64,000 nucleotides of DNA from Marsupella aquatica (taxonomy: Eukaryota; Plantae; Marchantiophyta), in assembly GCA_973895155.1 (NCBI GenBank), contig OZ316898.1, positions 19,603,292 through 19,667,291 of the forward strand, read 5' to 3'. The translations under genes were made by a program, and so were the position numbers. The notes beneath the pieces were generated by a model. That model did not search any database and was not told the origin of the DNA. It worked only from the letters and a program-made list of their open reading frames with translations. Numbering within the stretch: position 1 is the first letter of the stretch; every line of letters begins with the position of its first letter. Below, one piece after another: positions 10,743 to 24,821 of this stretch.

Positions 10743-12114
10743 CCCATCGTCAGAATCGCCATGTGATCGGTGCGCCGTGTTGCTAACTCCAGTGGCAACG
10801 TCCTCACCGAAAAAGAACCAAAAAAGTTACCGTTCGGCGGACAGAATCTTTGTCGGACGGCCAAAAAACAGCTCTCTATTTTTCGGGAATATTCCCGCAC
10901 AGTACAGCAGGTCTCACAGGGGGCAGTTCCCCCTGTCCAAGCGGTTAAAATGGAGGGCGGCAGGTCCCAGCACAAGGGACAAACTAATGAGAGGGAAAAA
11001 AGGCTAAAAATGGGCACTAAAGGGGGTGCTTAAGCCCCTTAAAGCCTAAAATACCCCGTAAAGGGCCGGGGGAACGAAGGGCGTATGGCCGGCGTCGGGG
11101 CGGGATGAGGGTACAACCGCGTACAAGCGGCGTAGAGCCGCAAAGGGCTGGGCATACGATGACAGGGCGGTACCGCGGCAACGACCGACACAGTATGGCG
11201 GAGGGCGTACGAGCGCGCAAAAAACGCCGGCCGGTGTTGCGCAGCTCGTTGCCGTGACTGAAGGATGAGGGGAAAACAAGGTGCAGGGGGGGTCGGGCGT
11301 ACAAGGGGAAATGATGGGGGACCAAGGGTCGGGAGGGTGTGTATACACACCAAAAGTGGCCCTAACCTAAGCCAAAATTTGACTTCATAACAAAAAAGCC
11401 GTTTACACACCTTGAACGCCGCTGTTTTAAGTGAGGAAAGTGAACGCCGCCGACGGGAAATGTTGCCGAATTGCATCGGCGCAGTCTACTGCTCCAACAG
11501 AATAAAAAAAAATTCCGTCGCGTCCCCTTCACTCCGCATCAAGTGCCAATCCCAGGCTCAAAACGACCGCCTCATCGCGATCAAACCGTTGAGCCGTAGC
11601 ACTTCGCGTCTCTTCCACCGAGTCGGACGTTACAAAGAAAATCCCGGTTCAGATGAGAACAAGCTCCATAGCTTGTGAAAAAAAAAACCTGAACGCCTCC
11701 GTCACTCGTCACGTCGCACTCGGTAACAACTCGGCAGCAATCCAGCTACTGAAATGATCAGCTTTGCCCGATCTACGATTTGAGCTAAAGGTTTGACGCC
11801 TCGCGCACCACAAAGCTCACACCGTCGAGAAAACGATCTCAGTTCCCCCCCAAAAGAACCATCGAAGAAAACCGTCGTACACGAATCACAAAAAATCCAG
11901 AACGATGGAAACGTGAATTCCTCCGCACCACAAACTCTGTTCAGAGATTTCTTTGCACCGTTGGAAAGCCCTTGCCCCGATCTATCCGTTGAGCCCAACA
12001 CCTCCAAGTTCCATGCGACAGAACTCCGTGAAATCCACCGACTCTAACCGCTGGAAAAACCGTCACCAACATGTCACAAAAATTTTGATCACCTTAACGT
12101 CACCTCCTAGGCTT

Positions 12115-12126
12115 GCTCTGATACCA
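12115..12126 (-). promoter_or_regulatory. Primer-binding site, tRNA-iMet
   Basis: Minus strand TGGTATCAGAGC, 2 nt from the 5' LTR. Confidence 0.95.
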
Positions 12127-12128
12127 CT

Positions 12129-12472
12129 TGTTGAGCATAGACGACATTCGTAACGGCAAGCCCATGAACCATCCAACGCACAAGAGTCGACACAGAGAGA
12201 TACGTGATTCACCTCCTCATGAGGCTACGTCCACGGGAACACACAAGAGCTTTACTGCACTCTAGGCCGACCGGCCATACCAAGCATCCACAGCACAAGC
12301 TCTCTCTATCTCTCAACTAGCTCTATAACAATGAGCCTTTGTTCCACCAGGGTCTGGCATCAGCCCTGGCTATATGCACACTAGCACTACCGCTAACCTT
12401 AGCTAGGTCCTAACCCGAGTTAGCCTAACTGTGGTTAGCACAAGAGTCACAAGACTAGAGCAATATCTAACA
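12129..12472 (-). repeat. 5' LTR of copia element 1
   Basis: 344-bp direct repeat of 5858-6201. Confidence 0.95.
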
Positions 12473-15300
12473 CTTCACACATATAATAAATTCACAGCAC
12501 AGATCGTAAATAATGGTACCAAAGCTCCATTTTTGACACACGTACAAGCAGTACCTGTCAAGTGCTTCACGAGTCTTGACAAGGTAAATCTCAGGTGCCG
12601 TAGGGGGCATCGACACTACGAGGTTGAATTACATGTGACATTCCCACCACGGCCCTATGAAACGCGTGGGATGGGAGGGAATCCAAGGCCTTTGAGGTGG
12701 ACATAAAATAGTGTGCTCAGCCATAGCCAACTCCACCATTTCACAATCCACCGACGAAGTGTATTTTGCATACAAAATCATAACATTTGGATTAAGACAC
12801 TATGTTCTTCTTTCTTTTCTTCCTTTGCGCAATGGCTCCTCAAACACGCTCGGCCAAAGCGAGTTCTAAGTTGGAAATTCCTCCAGTGCCAAGTCCAGAG
12901 CTGGCCATTGTCATAGGCTTGACGGGAGGCTTGAGCGACCACGATGAGCCAACAAAAAAAGAAGAGCAGCCTTGCAAAGCGATACCCATTCAATCACGTC
13001 GTCCAAGAGAAGAAGGTAGCTCTGAACATGAACAATTGTGGAGGACATTGCTACGTCCCATGACAGAAGAGACTCAGATTGGAGAGGGAGAAAGAGCAAG
13101 AAAGGGAGAAGGAAGCTCGTGAGCACTCCGACTAAGAGCAACACTCCGACCATGAGAAACACAACACTTTGGGTCCCTCTCTGTGAAGCAATGAAGCTCA
13201 ATGTGGCCGCATTTTGTACTTGCTTGTAGCGTTAGCAATAGTAGTAGTAGTTAGTAGACAAGCAATGTCTACAGTTAGCAATAGCAATAGTAGTAGACAA
13301 GCATGTGGTCCTAACGCTACCACTATGTTCACGCTGTATGAGCCTATAAACATTTTGCAATAATATTCGGATTCATTTGAAGCTTCCATTCATTGTGGAC
13401 CACGTACTTGTCCCTATTATATTGTGTATGTATACCATACTTCGAAGCAAGGCTTGCACACAAATTGCACACTTGACGTACTTGCAAAACAAGTTTCAAA
13501 ATTATATATCCTTTGGGTGTTACAAGGACGGCCTCTGCCAACTTCAACGCCTTAAAATACCCTAAGCCCCTTGCCTAGTGGGAAATAGCACGAAGTACAT
13601 GGGGCCTGGTAGCTATAAACTGCAAGGCAGAGTTCGAGCCTTCAAAATGCTACCTAAACCCTAAGCACACAACAAGCAGTCGGGCGTCATTACTCCTTCG
13701 AGTCTCCATTGACTGAAATCTTATGGCACTCCAACTTGTCTCCGCCTCTCTTAGAGCAGACCTCGTTGTTATCCACTTCCCCCGTCCCATCACCTTGTGT
13801 CAAGTTGCTTGACGTCTCCTCTGCAAAATCCTCAATCCTGATGACTGGGAGGTGCGCCATACAGGGCTGCATTCCCTCCAATCGTTTCTCCCTCCCAAAA
13901 AGTGCAGCCTCTGTGTGTATGTGGGCGAGCTTGCTCTCAACCTCCAAGACTTGCACACCACGAAATGTTGGGTCAAAATTTTCAACATCACCAAAAGTAG
14001 TCTGGAAGGAAAGACGAGGGCCCAATGGCCATGTGGGGAACCCTCGGATTGCAATCCACATGGATGCATCGGTTATCCCCCTCCCAACGTGCCATAGCTT
14101 TTGATTCTCCATTATTCGCTTTCTGTGTACACAAACAATTTGTGTGAGTGAATGAGACGCGAACATACAGTGATCAGACAAATGAGAACCAAAGTAAGAG
14201 GAGGGCCCATGAAATAAATATGGTGAGTCCACCAGGCGATGAAGATTACCAGTACTCGGCCTACTGCGTTTCCATTGACAAAAATCTGCCTGGGGCTCTA
14301 TTAAATGCTAGTGCATGGTCCATGACTTGCACTAGCAAGGCATTCCCTGCCTGTGATGTTGCTCGCCTAGTACTCCTTGGCTGATGTTCATTGTACGTCT
14401 GCCGGGTCTGCCTCGTCCGGCAGTGGTGCCTCCAATTCCTCCATTTGATCAGCTTCAGTCCATTCGTCATTCTTACTTATGACATAATTGTGCAGTTTAC
14501 AACAAAGGCCTATCCGTCAAGTTTCTTTTTTATGAATTAAGCCTTGATTGAAGGCCATCCAAAAATCTTGGGTTATCACACCCTACCCCCATGCCTACGA
14601 TTTAGATCACCTAATACCCTCGCTAATACCCAAGGGCAACCTATTACCGTTCGATGTCAACCGTAAGTTTCCCGCGGACGGTGCTATTTTACGCGCCCTA
14701 GGTTTTGGATACCATTTACACGGAGAATCATCGAGTAAGCTGCCAATGTTTTGGTTTTCAGCATTGTGCGAAGAAGATACCGTCGGGGCGAGAGACTTTG
14801 TGCAGTGTGAAGCACTGTGTTTTCCGCACCAGAGCTTTCAAAGTAGGGTTGTCGATTGATGTTTGCGGATTTGGTGACGGGGAGTGCGGAGCTGCGATTT
14901 GTGGGAGCGAGTTGTGGTGTGCGTAGGCTTTGACATTTTGAGAAGGGAGCTGAAAATCCTCTGTTGTTCGGCGTCAGTGTGGAAGGGAGCTGAAATTGCA
15001 AGGTGAGATGCTGACCCAAGTGCAAGTGTTCAACCTTTCTTGAATCGACGTTGGGAGGTGTTAGGATTTTCTGAAGAAACCCGCAAGTGTTCAACCATTA
15101 CACTGCATTGGCAATGCAATAGAGGTTCGCTACAAGCTTTGACCTGCTCAGCTGAATTTGCAATGCTGTTACGAGCCTTTAGTGACCTGAACTGAGCCGA
15201 CACCTATTGGTTTGCTTTTCGTTGCGCTGCAAGGTTAGCGGATTTGTGGATTGTAGTGCGCCTACTGTCATTGCACACCGATTGAGTTGCTTTCATTTGC

Positions 15301-15329
15301 ATTGAGATTGAGATTGAGATTGAGATTGA
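15301..15329. repeat. (ATTGAG)n microsatellite
   Basis: About 5 hexamer units. Confidence 0.9.
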
Positions 15330-16248
15330 CCTACGCTGACATTGCTGCGTTGGGCATCTATGAGATGCGACTTGCAGTGTGAGACGCACCAACATTAGTT
15401 TTAGGAGGCGCAGCAACCTCAGTTTGAGGCTCAGGCGACTTGACATGCGACTTGCAGCAGTTTCAGGAGGTGCAGCAAGATCAGTTTCAGGAGGTGACTT
15501 GAGATGCGACTTGCTGCTGCTGATCAAGTTTGAGACTTAACAGTGAGTTTAAATTCTATTGCAACCTTTGAGTTGGGCTACATTTGTAATGCTGCAAGGT
15601 TTGAGGTGACCTGTACTCAATTGAAGCCTGCCAACTGCTACGATGGTCAGTTCACTTGCGCTGCAAATTGCTGTGAGTTTTACTAGCTACAACTTAATTA
15701 AAATTTGTTATATAGGTGTTTGAGTGATCAGCGATTGATTGACTTGCGATGCTCACGCAAATGCAGTACCATAGACAGATTGGCCGTAGTAAGTTAATGT
15801 CGATTTGGCCCAGACTTCAGAGCTTCGTGATGAATTTCATGATTCCGGCATCCCAGGTAAAGGACGGCAGCCGAACAATGCTCCAAATCCAATCTTGCCT
15901 GATCACTTGAGTCCATAATGGACCTGACGAGAGTCTCACCTCATCTCCTAAGCAAAAAGGTGTAGTATATAGCAATCCTATTCTCATGTTTTAGCTCTAT
16001 CTTTCTATAATATTGCACTACTGATCATGTATGATATTTGGTTGGCTGGCATGGATTCACAATCAGAAAAGAAATGATCTACATCACATTGAAGAGCTTC
16101 CCACATGAGTTTTTCTCATTCAACCTTGGAGCAAGTATGCGGAGCGCCATGCAGTGAAGAAAGCCTGTGCTATTTGGCTCAATCTTTGTGGACAGTAGGT
16201 GAGTATTGGGATTCACTGGTAGGATCATAGTTAAGAAAGAAAGTACCA

Positions 16249-19200
16249 ATGGATACTCACGTCAATTTTTGTCAAATTCGAGGGTTGAGAAACCTGACAA
16301 GGAGCCCGGATGGCTTACTCCGGCGAGATGATAAGCTATGGCGGCACCAGGTTGCAGAGTGTAGAGCAGTCGGGACAACAAAGATAAAGTGTCCCTGCTT
16401 TGTTTGTAATTGTAGAGGTAATAGACTCAAACTTGCTACCGTGAGAAAACACTTAATTGCCCATTCGCGACACTCATCCCAAAGGCGCTGGTGGGGAGAT
16501 GAGTGTGATTCGTCTGATGAAGAATGGAATGCAGGGGTATGTGATGGGACTACTAACTTACGGGATAGGGCAAGAGGTAACTTTAGTGTAGAGCCAACTG
16601 CAGAGGGAGGTGATCTACATGGTGACCTCCATATCCCTGAGATGTTGCAAGATCTAGCTGGGCAGGGAATTTCCAATCCTGGCCCAACTATTGTAGAAGA
16701 CCTGGGACCAGATGAAAATGTAGAGGAAGATAGAGAGGATCAATTCAACTTGGATGATCTTCTTTCAGACATCAATGTTGCACCTGAAGAGCCAACACCA
16801 ATGGTGTGGGATCAAGAATCAGAACAGAGAATGATGGACGCGTTTACAGAAGCATGTTCACCTCTATATGAGGGATCTAATACTTCTCAATTGTCGTTTG
16901 TGTTGACATTTCTCAACACTTGCCACAACCATGGCTTTACCAACTCAGGCATAAATGAGCTTCTTTCCTTGATGGCCAAACATCTGATGCCATCTACGCA
17001 CTTACTTCCCAAGAACCTGTACGCATGCAAAAAACTCATTAGTTATGCAGGCTTGGATTATGTGAAAATTCATGCATGTGAGGATGGATGTGCATTATTC
17101 AGAAAGGAGCATTCAAACTTGGAGCACTGTCCAGAGTGTAAAAAACCCAGATACAAGCAGGTTGGAAAATCCAAGCAACCAGTAAAAGTACTGCGGCATT
17201 TTCCGCTCATACCTAGGCTAAGACGAATGTACAGGTGCAAGGCCATTTCTAAACTTATGACATGCATGGCATGGAGACAATAAGAGCACCGATGGGAAGG
17301 TTTGCCATGTTGCTGATTCAAAGGCTTGGAAAGAGATAGAGGTTGGGATTGATAGAACTTTTGAACTAGAGCCTCGCAATGTCCATCTTGGATTAGCCTT
17401 AGATGGGGTTAATCCCTTTGGTGAGAATAATTTGAAGCATTCAACATGGCCGGTTGTATTGCTAAATTATAATTTACCACCTTGGTTGTCAACAAAAAAG
17501 TTTTTCATCATGCTATCTTTGCTAATTCCAGGACCTGAAAGTGTGACTGATCGAAACATTGACATTTACCATTGTTAGAGGAGTTAATCGAGCTATGGAA
17601 GGGAGTAAGGTGCTTTGATTCGCTAGATAGGCCTAGCAGGGAACAGTGGTTTAATCTTAGGGCTATTTTGCTGTGGACTATCAATGACTATCCAGCCATA
17701 GGCTTGATATCAGGTCAGGTGACAAAAGGTTACCATGGATGTGTAGTCTGTGGACCTCATGTGACTGTTAGAAGGTCTGGGTCCCTTTCAAAGTGTGTGT
17801 ATCCTGGTAGTCGAAGGTGGCTGGAAGAGAATCATAGGTATCGTACCCACAGTTATGCAACCAAGTTTGATGGGAAGTGTGAGACACGTGGTCCTCCCCC
17901 AAGGATGACATGCACTGAAAAATTGACTTATGCTGCTGAAGTTGTTGAGTTTTTGAAAACCAATGGGGCTGTTCAAGGTCGCAAGAATTGCCCATCAAAA
18001 CTACATGGAGTGAAGAGGAGACAAAGTCTTGCAGAGCTGCCATACTGGAAGGTGAGGTAGTATTTCAATTTACTGTTCAATTCAATTAATCACTTTGATT
18101 GTTTAACCTATAATTTCTTTCAAGTTTGTGGCCAGTCAGAGTACTGTGTTGCAACATGTTTAAACCGCAGCATGCAATTCAATCAACTACTGAGCAAGGG
18201 AAACTAATGCTCGGTCTTTGTGTGCAGAAATTATTGATCAACCATGTGCTTGATCCGATGCACACAGAGAAAAACATAGCACAGAACTTGATCCAGACTT
18301 GTTGTGGGAAAAAAAATACTGCAGCTATTCGAAATGACATGGAGGCAAAAGGTGTTCATGAACAGCTTTGGATGAAGCCGCATCCAAACCAAAAGAAGGA
18401 CCACTTTGTGAAACCAAAGGCGCCCTATGTCATGAGCAAACAAGAGTTACAACAGTTTCTTCTTACTCTGAAGAATTTGAAATATCCAACTGACTTCGGT
18501 AGCTCCTTAGCAAAATGTGTTAGAGAGAGCAACAAGTTGGCAGGGTTGAAGTCTCATGACTACCATTGTCTAATGCAGCAAATTCTACCTTTGGCATTGA
18601 AGGACCTCATGGCTACAGGACCTCGACTAGCTATTGTGAGTGTTTGTTGCATCTGGCGCAAAGTTTGCTGCAAGGTGTGGGACCCTGCCACAAAAGATGA
18701 ACTAATGAAAGACGTGGCACATACTTTGTGTGCTTTGGAGATGCATTTCCCAGCATCCCTGTTTGATGTCATGACGCATCTTATGATTCACATAGTTGAG
18801 GAGCTAGATATATGTGGGCCTGTTTCTCAGCGATGGATGTATCCCATCGAGCGTTACTTAAAAAATCTGAAGGGGTTTGTGAGGAATAGGGCACGTCCAA
18901 AGGCATCAATGGCTGAAGGCTACATTCTAGAGGAGGCATTAGGATTTGTTACTGAGTATATGGTTGATTGCCAAGCTACTCAAAGACGTATTTGGGATTC
19001 TGAAGAGGAGGAGGGTGTGAAAGGTGTGATGCTTGAAGGGGCCTCATCTAAAGTGTTGTTAAGTGTTGAGGATCGAGATGCTGCTCATAAATATTACTTA
19101 CAAAATAATGTGTTGGTAGCACCCTGGTTGAGGTAAGTACTGAAATATTTAAATTGTAGAGAGTTTTTTCTTTCATTAGGAACAACGTACTTGCAACTTG

Positions 19201-20223
19201 TCAGTTTTAGGTGATGTTCCTGTGATTTGGTTGTGCAGTTGAAATACTAGCTTGTTGACCCTTTCACTTGGCTTTTTCAGGTTGTATGAGGCTAAAGAGG
19301 AGGAACTAAGGAGAGCAAGAGAAGCATTTGTAGTACGCTATAATGAGACACGACTTCCACGCAGTAGCAGAACAGTGTCCCTTCCACCCGAACTTGCCTC
19401 AATTCCATTCGGAACCTGGTTCAGGGATCAGATTCACAGAGCTAACTTAGAGGAAAACGACGCTAGAATACTATTGACTGCAATCTCATTTCCTCCAAAC
19501 CAAAGGGCTCTCACTTATAATTCAATGAAGGCTTACGGTAACCATTATAGGGTAATGCGCTGTAAGGATAGAGATGGTCAATGGCGTGAACTGTCCCAAC
19601 TTAGGAGCACTGACTCGCAGGGCTATGCTACATTTGACTCTGGTGTTGCTACAACATTTCATGAGGAAAGGACAGGCCAAATAGGGGTGAATCTGGCTAA
19701 GCTAACTTATGTGGGGGTTTTGACTCAAATACTTGTGCTAGACTATGGCCCTTTACTTCGTTATGACCCTGCCATTATCCTAAAGGCAAAATGGGTGCGG
19801 TCTAATTGGGGACCAGAGAATAGAAATCCATCTATGAAACATGATGAGACGGGTCTTTGGCTAGCCAATTTTAATATGCCTTATCCTTCAGCAGAGAAAC
19901 TAGACTATGTTCTACCGAATCAAATTGAACAGGTTTTCTTCTATCCAAATGAGGCCAAGGTCTCTTGGAGACATGTGCTTCATAAGGAAGGAAGGTCTCG
20001 CAGAGTAGTTGAGGGTATAGAAGATCTGGAATACAATGATCTTAGACCTCGTCATGAGGCAGTCAAAGTTGGGCTTGTTGCTGCGGCTAACGTGGCTGTG
20101 CCTTTAGAGGATGGAGAGACCCTAGTTATTGTGCCAGGGGCGGTGCCCATGACAGATGATTCAAATGAGGATACTATAGATGATGATACTTGGGAAGATT
20201 CTGAGGATTCTGAGGAAGAGTGA
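16249..20223 (+). pseudogene. CACTA TnpD-like transposase (transposase-associated, Tnp2/Transposase_21, DUF4218- and DUF4216-like regions)
   Basis: IKCPC..C, KIHACEDGC, VLRHFPLIPRLRR, DGVNPF, YNLPPW, WTINDYPA, LDPMHTEKN, GLKSHDYH, WMYPIER. Frameshifts near 17265 (CATG duplication) and near 17568; introns about 18052-18227 and 19133-19280. Confidence 0.92.
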
Positions 20224-21480
20224 CAAGTGAACTGTTTGTTCCAGTGTTTTGATGCAGTCGTCATCAAAATCTGAAGGTGATGCAGAAGTTGGACTTCCGA
20301 GTGGGAATGCGTATGAGGCTTGGAGAGAGGCTAACATAGCAGCCAACAACGTTTACATTAAAGAGAATCTTAGAGATTCAATCATAGCAATTAATAGGTA
20401 CTAATAAGTCCACTTGAGCTTTTCTTTGAGTATTACTTTGTTGTTTACTTCTATGGATCGATCTACACCCCAATGTATACTAGTGGTTATTTTATCTTCT
20501 TATTACCAGTTGTGTACAAGGAACCTCACTTGGGGGAGAGAAAAAGAGACGTAAGAGTTCCACCAAGACATCACAAAGTGCAAGTTTATTGCCCCAAAGA
20601 AGGAGCTCAAGAAACATCGGGAGACATTTTCCAGATATGGCAGACAATGAGTCAGGAGGGAGTCAATCGCAAAAATCATCTGCTGCAGACTATGAAAATG
20701 AAGACAAGCACTATCTAACTCCCGTTCTAACTCAGAGGATGAGCAACTGGATGAGGTAAAGGCTAAATTTATTGTATCCCTTGGCCTGCCTTATAAAGGC
20801 CCTTGTTGTTATTGTTCAGAGTCATATGAGGGATAGAATTCTTCACACAAAGAGACAGTCTACCCAATTAAATGATGGATTATATGATTGATAAGTTCAC
20901 TTTGTTTTTCTTGTGATGTGTACATACTGTGGTATTGACTGTGCTATCATGTACAACTTTAACAACAGCCGAGTGGACACACAAGGCCAAAATATTATAC
21001 TGATCCTATCACTGGTGAAATCTCTTTGTGTAAGTCAACTCTGAGCCATTTTGCTCTCTAATTTGCTGTACTCAACTATTTATTGAAGTGCTCAACTATC
21101 TTTGGCAATTAATTATCCATAGCCCTCTGATCACTAAATGTTATATGTAAGTGTGGTCACTTATTGCCATATGTGATTAACACGTGATTTTTAACTAGGT
21201 TGTTTATTGTTGTAGTGACACCAATACCAAGGGCAACTGCAGCTAAGATACCCATGAGCAGTAATGTACGATACTTGGGGTCAATGCAGCGTCAGTCATC
21301 TAGACAGGCAAAAAAGCAATGGACGAGATAACCGAGGAACGAGTCAAGATGGGCATGAAGAAAGCATCAATCTCTGTATGTAATTTAATATTGTTCACTT
21401 AGATTGTTGATTTTCCTTGATTCTTCTCTTGCCCATTAGTGTCGTAATTGATACTTCCCCTGCCCTTGCTTTGTGTGCAG

Positions 21481-23711
21481 ATTTGGAATAACGATGTCAA
21501 AGACAAAGATCAATATAGGAAGCAATGGAGAGATGACCTGCGTGCTACTTGTATTGGTAGACTTGATCCTTTAGTGCGTGATATTAGGCAAGTAGATAAG
21601 AATGTGTTGTCACATGTCTATGATGTGATGACAAAGGATTGGCAATATGTAGATGGAACTTTGTCAATGACAAAATTCAGATCTCACTATTCAAAGGTAA
21701 TGAAGGGACAACGCGCGAGACTTCACAAGCATTTTGTGTCAAATGGGAAGCGCATGGACAAGAAACCACCTGAAAACGTAAAGCCTGAGCACTGGAAAAA
21801 CCTCTGTGAGTGGTGGCTATCCCCAGATGGCATTACCTGTACTGAGAAAATGACAAAAGCTCGCAGCAAAGTGGTAAATCCATCTCGGGTTGGAAGAGGT
21901 GGTTACCGTGGGAAAGAAGCTAAGTTAGTAAGTCAAACTTTTCTCTTGGCCTGTATGAGTTCATTTCGTCGCCTTCTGTAATTACTTGGTCAATAATTTG
22001 AACAAAATTAATTCTCCTAATTGTTTGCATCCATTTGCCGCAGAGGAAGAGAGGTCATAGTCCGGACCTATCAGAGTTGCAAGGTCAGCCTGTGGATGCT
22101 AGAAAACAGCGGACTGGTCAATCAGTCAGTCCATCAATGGCAAGTACTGATTGGGCCACACCTACGCATCGACAAGGGAGGAAGTCCATTGTGAGCATCT
22201 GAGTCATACTTTTTATTTGGGTTTACTTTTGACTTAGATTCACAACACTCAATTCTAATTAATATTTGCTTTCTGTTTCTTGCTTACAGACACCCTTATC
22301 AAAGACGGGGTCAGAGGATGTGCTTGAAACTCAGAGCCTTCTTTATGAGAAATTAGCATTGTCCATCAATTGTTCGATGATGGCTGGATTTGAGAAAATG
22401 ACACAATCATTGGTAAACACATTATCAAATGTCCAACAACCTCAGCTTCCTTCCTCTGCTTGGAATCCCAACTTGGATGCATACAATGGACCATTAGGAG
22501 CAGGTCAGAGTTCTCGATCAGGTGCACTTCCCCATGACATTTCAGTTATAGCCCCAAAAAGTAGAGGAAATTCAGCAGCTATCCATGTTGTGTCAGGTCA
22601 AAGTGGTTCAGGGCCTAAGACTTCAGCACAGAAGAGCTTGGGGTTTGAGCATGACGCAGTGGACCATTCAAAAGAAGGTTCCCCTCATGCTCCTAAAGAT
22701 TACAAGTCATCAGTGACAGGGAAGCTTGAGAAAGTAAATGCCACCAACACTATACAAGCAGTGAAAGATGCAGTGCTTGGGAAGAATGTGGAACAAACCA
22801 CAAAAGAAGATGAAAGCGGGATTTCTCCTCTTTCTGCTCCAAATAGAAGTAAGGTTAAAAAAACAAAAGGAAAGGTAAGATTCTTTAAGTTTAATTTTGC
22901 TGTAGAATGTTAAGTTCAGCCTTGTTTCCCATAGTCCTGGATGCAATGGCAGTGCAATTACAGTCCATTCTTGTGTGGCTTTTAGCTCTCTACTTTATTA
23001 CGAGTGATTAGAGTTTTGTTGGAAGTTGTTCTTCCATGCAACATAGTTCATCTAGAGATATTAACTTTCATTTGTTTGATTCTGAAATTCAGGTTGCAAC
23101 AGAGGTAGGGCCTCCTGTTGCTGATGACAAAGTTCAGGATTCCCAACAAGATTATCCAACCCCTGGCCGTAGAGTATCTGATACTGCATTGAAGACAGTA
23201 ACTTCACCAACGGTTCTCAAGGTGAGTTTTAGCTTATGGTTTAATTTCTCTTTTGCAATCATTTTGTATTGTGCAATATGGTGGGAATGGTGAGAACATA
23301 CAAATTGTTAACCTGTGCAGGATTTATTGGTAATTGAATATGCTAGCATTCTAACCTCACTGAATGATCACTAGTAGTCTTCAACTATCATCATTTGGCA
23401 CTACAGATTAATTATTATCCTTAATGATTTTCAATTTGCTTTTGTGACAGTTTAAGATTGGGGATGTGGTTAAATTGAAATCTCCCGTGGATCAGCAGAT
23501 TGTTGCACTTGCAACAGTGATGGGCATTTGGAAAGAAGATTTCTACTATGACAAGGAGATTCCAATTGGACATTTGATGGTGACTGCTAAGACAGTGCTT
23601 GAACCAGATACACCTCTGCTTGAGAAAGGGCACCCAGAGTCCAAGGTAGAATTCTTGAAGGATGTGGAGAACAAACCCTTTCTGTGGTACCAGAAGTTAA
23701 TGAGGAAATAG
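21481..23711 (+). pseudogene. CACTA TnpA-like (Ptta/En/Spm) multi-exon gene; further exons probably from about 20255
   Basis: PPENVKPEHWKNLCEWWLS...RSKVVNPSRVGRGGY; terminal exon KIGDVVKLKSP...VALATV...PFLW. Confidence 0.7.
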
Positions 23712-24224
23712 TTACTATGACTGTGCCATTGGAAGCAGTAAGTAAACTGAAAATCTAGCCCTTCTTGTTACGTTTTTGGAACAATTTGGATTGCTCAAGG
23801 CAGTACATAGCTTTATAGGATTGAGGCAGTAGTGAGGGCAGTAGCTCTATAAAATTGAGGCAACTTTACTGCAGGTAGTATGATTTATGGATCCTCTTCA
23901 TACAGGAAGATATCAAATATACTTTTTGTCATGTTTCAAGCTTTTTAGAAGCATTCCACCAATTCTATGAAATGTCTGCTCTGTGAATTGTGCATGACTG
24001 TTGTATCAAGCTTCCATGGCACAACCTAGCAAGTGGATTGTTGGTAGAATCACTACACAATCAGTCAGGATACACCTTGCAGGACTGAGCACAAATCTCA
24101 AATGTGTTTACAAAGCCATGACACAAATGACTCTAATTATAGTCATACTCACAAGTCACTATAGGACCAGTTATTACCCGTGTATTTGAGGTTCTAATAG
24201 CCATTCAAAAGCAACTTGAAATAA

Positions 24225-24650
24225 AGTCATACATACCATTCACAAAAGCACTCCTAAATCAGTCATCACATGCGCCTTACTCAGTTGTAAAAAGTTGTAA
24301 ACAAGTGACTTCAATTACAGTCATATTGGTCGCTCATAAAAACACTCCAAAACCAGTCATTCACTACATTTATTTGAGTTATAGGAAGCTGGAAACATTG
24401 ACTACAATTTGAGTCATACATATCACAAAAGCACTCCAAACAAGTAATTATCCACATCTTTTTCAGTTGTAGAAAGGTATGCAGAAATAACTCCCAGGCA
24501 GGTAAGTTGTATATATCATTCACAAAAGCAGCCCGGAACCAGTCATTATTTGCACATTTTTGAGTTTTAAAAAGGTGGGCAAAAATTACCCTAAGATGAG
24601 TTATATGTGTCATTCACAAAAGCACTCCACATTTAGTCGTTATCCACATT
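24225..24650. repeat. Degenerate tandem array of about 94 bp, 5 units (CACTA subterminal region)
   Basis: Core TCACAAAAGCACTCC recurs near 24240, 24334, 24423, 24520 and 24614. Confidence 0.8.
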
Positions 24651-24821
24651 TCTAAAGGACTCTTGAATTTCAGTTGTTGACTTATACCACTATGTGTCTG
24701 AAACAACATTTGCACCAATGCAACTTGTCTTTGTGCACTCAAAAGTTCAGTCGTAAATTGTCTGAGTTGACTTGAAATATAGTTGTTTTTGAAGTCATAA
24801 AAAACCAGTTTCCTACTAGTG

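Larger units (their letters stand above)
5858..12472 (-). mobile_element. Full-length Ty1/copia LTR retrotransposon, defective
   Basis: Two 344-bp TG..CA LTRs, 5-bp TSD CTTCA (5853-5857 and 12473-12477), iMet PBS, PPT, domain order gag-PR-IN-RT-RH. Confidence 0.97.
14540..24821 (+). mobile_element. CACTA (En/Spm) DNA transposon, left end missing
   Basis: TnpD-like and TnpA-like genes in tandem; right terminus ...TTTCCTACTAGTG (reverse complement CACTAGTAGGAAA) with subterminal repeats. No matching left TIR seen; left boundary approximate. Confidence 0.85.

Noticed and set aside
10682-12047. Overlapping ORFs in the long copia leader, considered as an extra or env-like gene
   Set aside because: GC-rich untranslated leader with no recognisable domain, open in several frames.
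14330-14340. CACTAGCAAGG (and CACTAGTAG at 23369) as the missing left CACTA TIR
   Set aside because: Only 6-9 nt match, no matching 3-bp TSD and no subterminal repeats.
12478-14470. Coding-like fragments (MAPQTRS.. at about 12832 on plus; 13690-14232 on minus)
   Set aside because: Probably decayed TE sequence, but I recognise no family motif, so they are not annotated.
24225-24650. Regularly spaced repeats resembling a CRISPR array
   Set aside because: Whole units are homologous and degenerate, the context is a eukaryotic CACTA subterminal region, and there are no cas genes.
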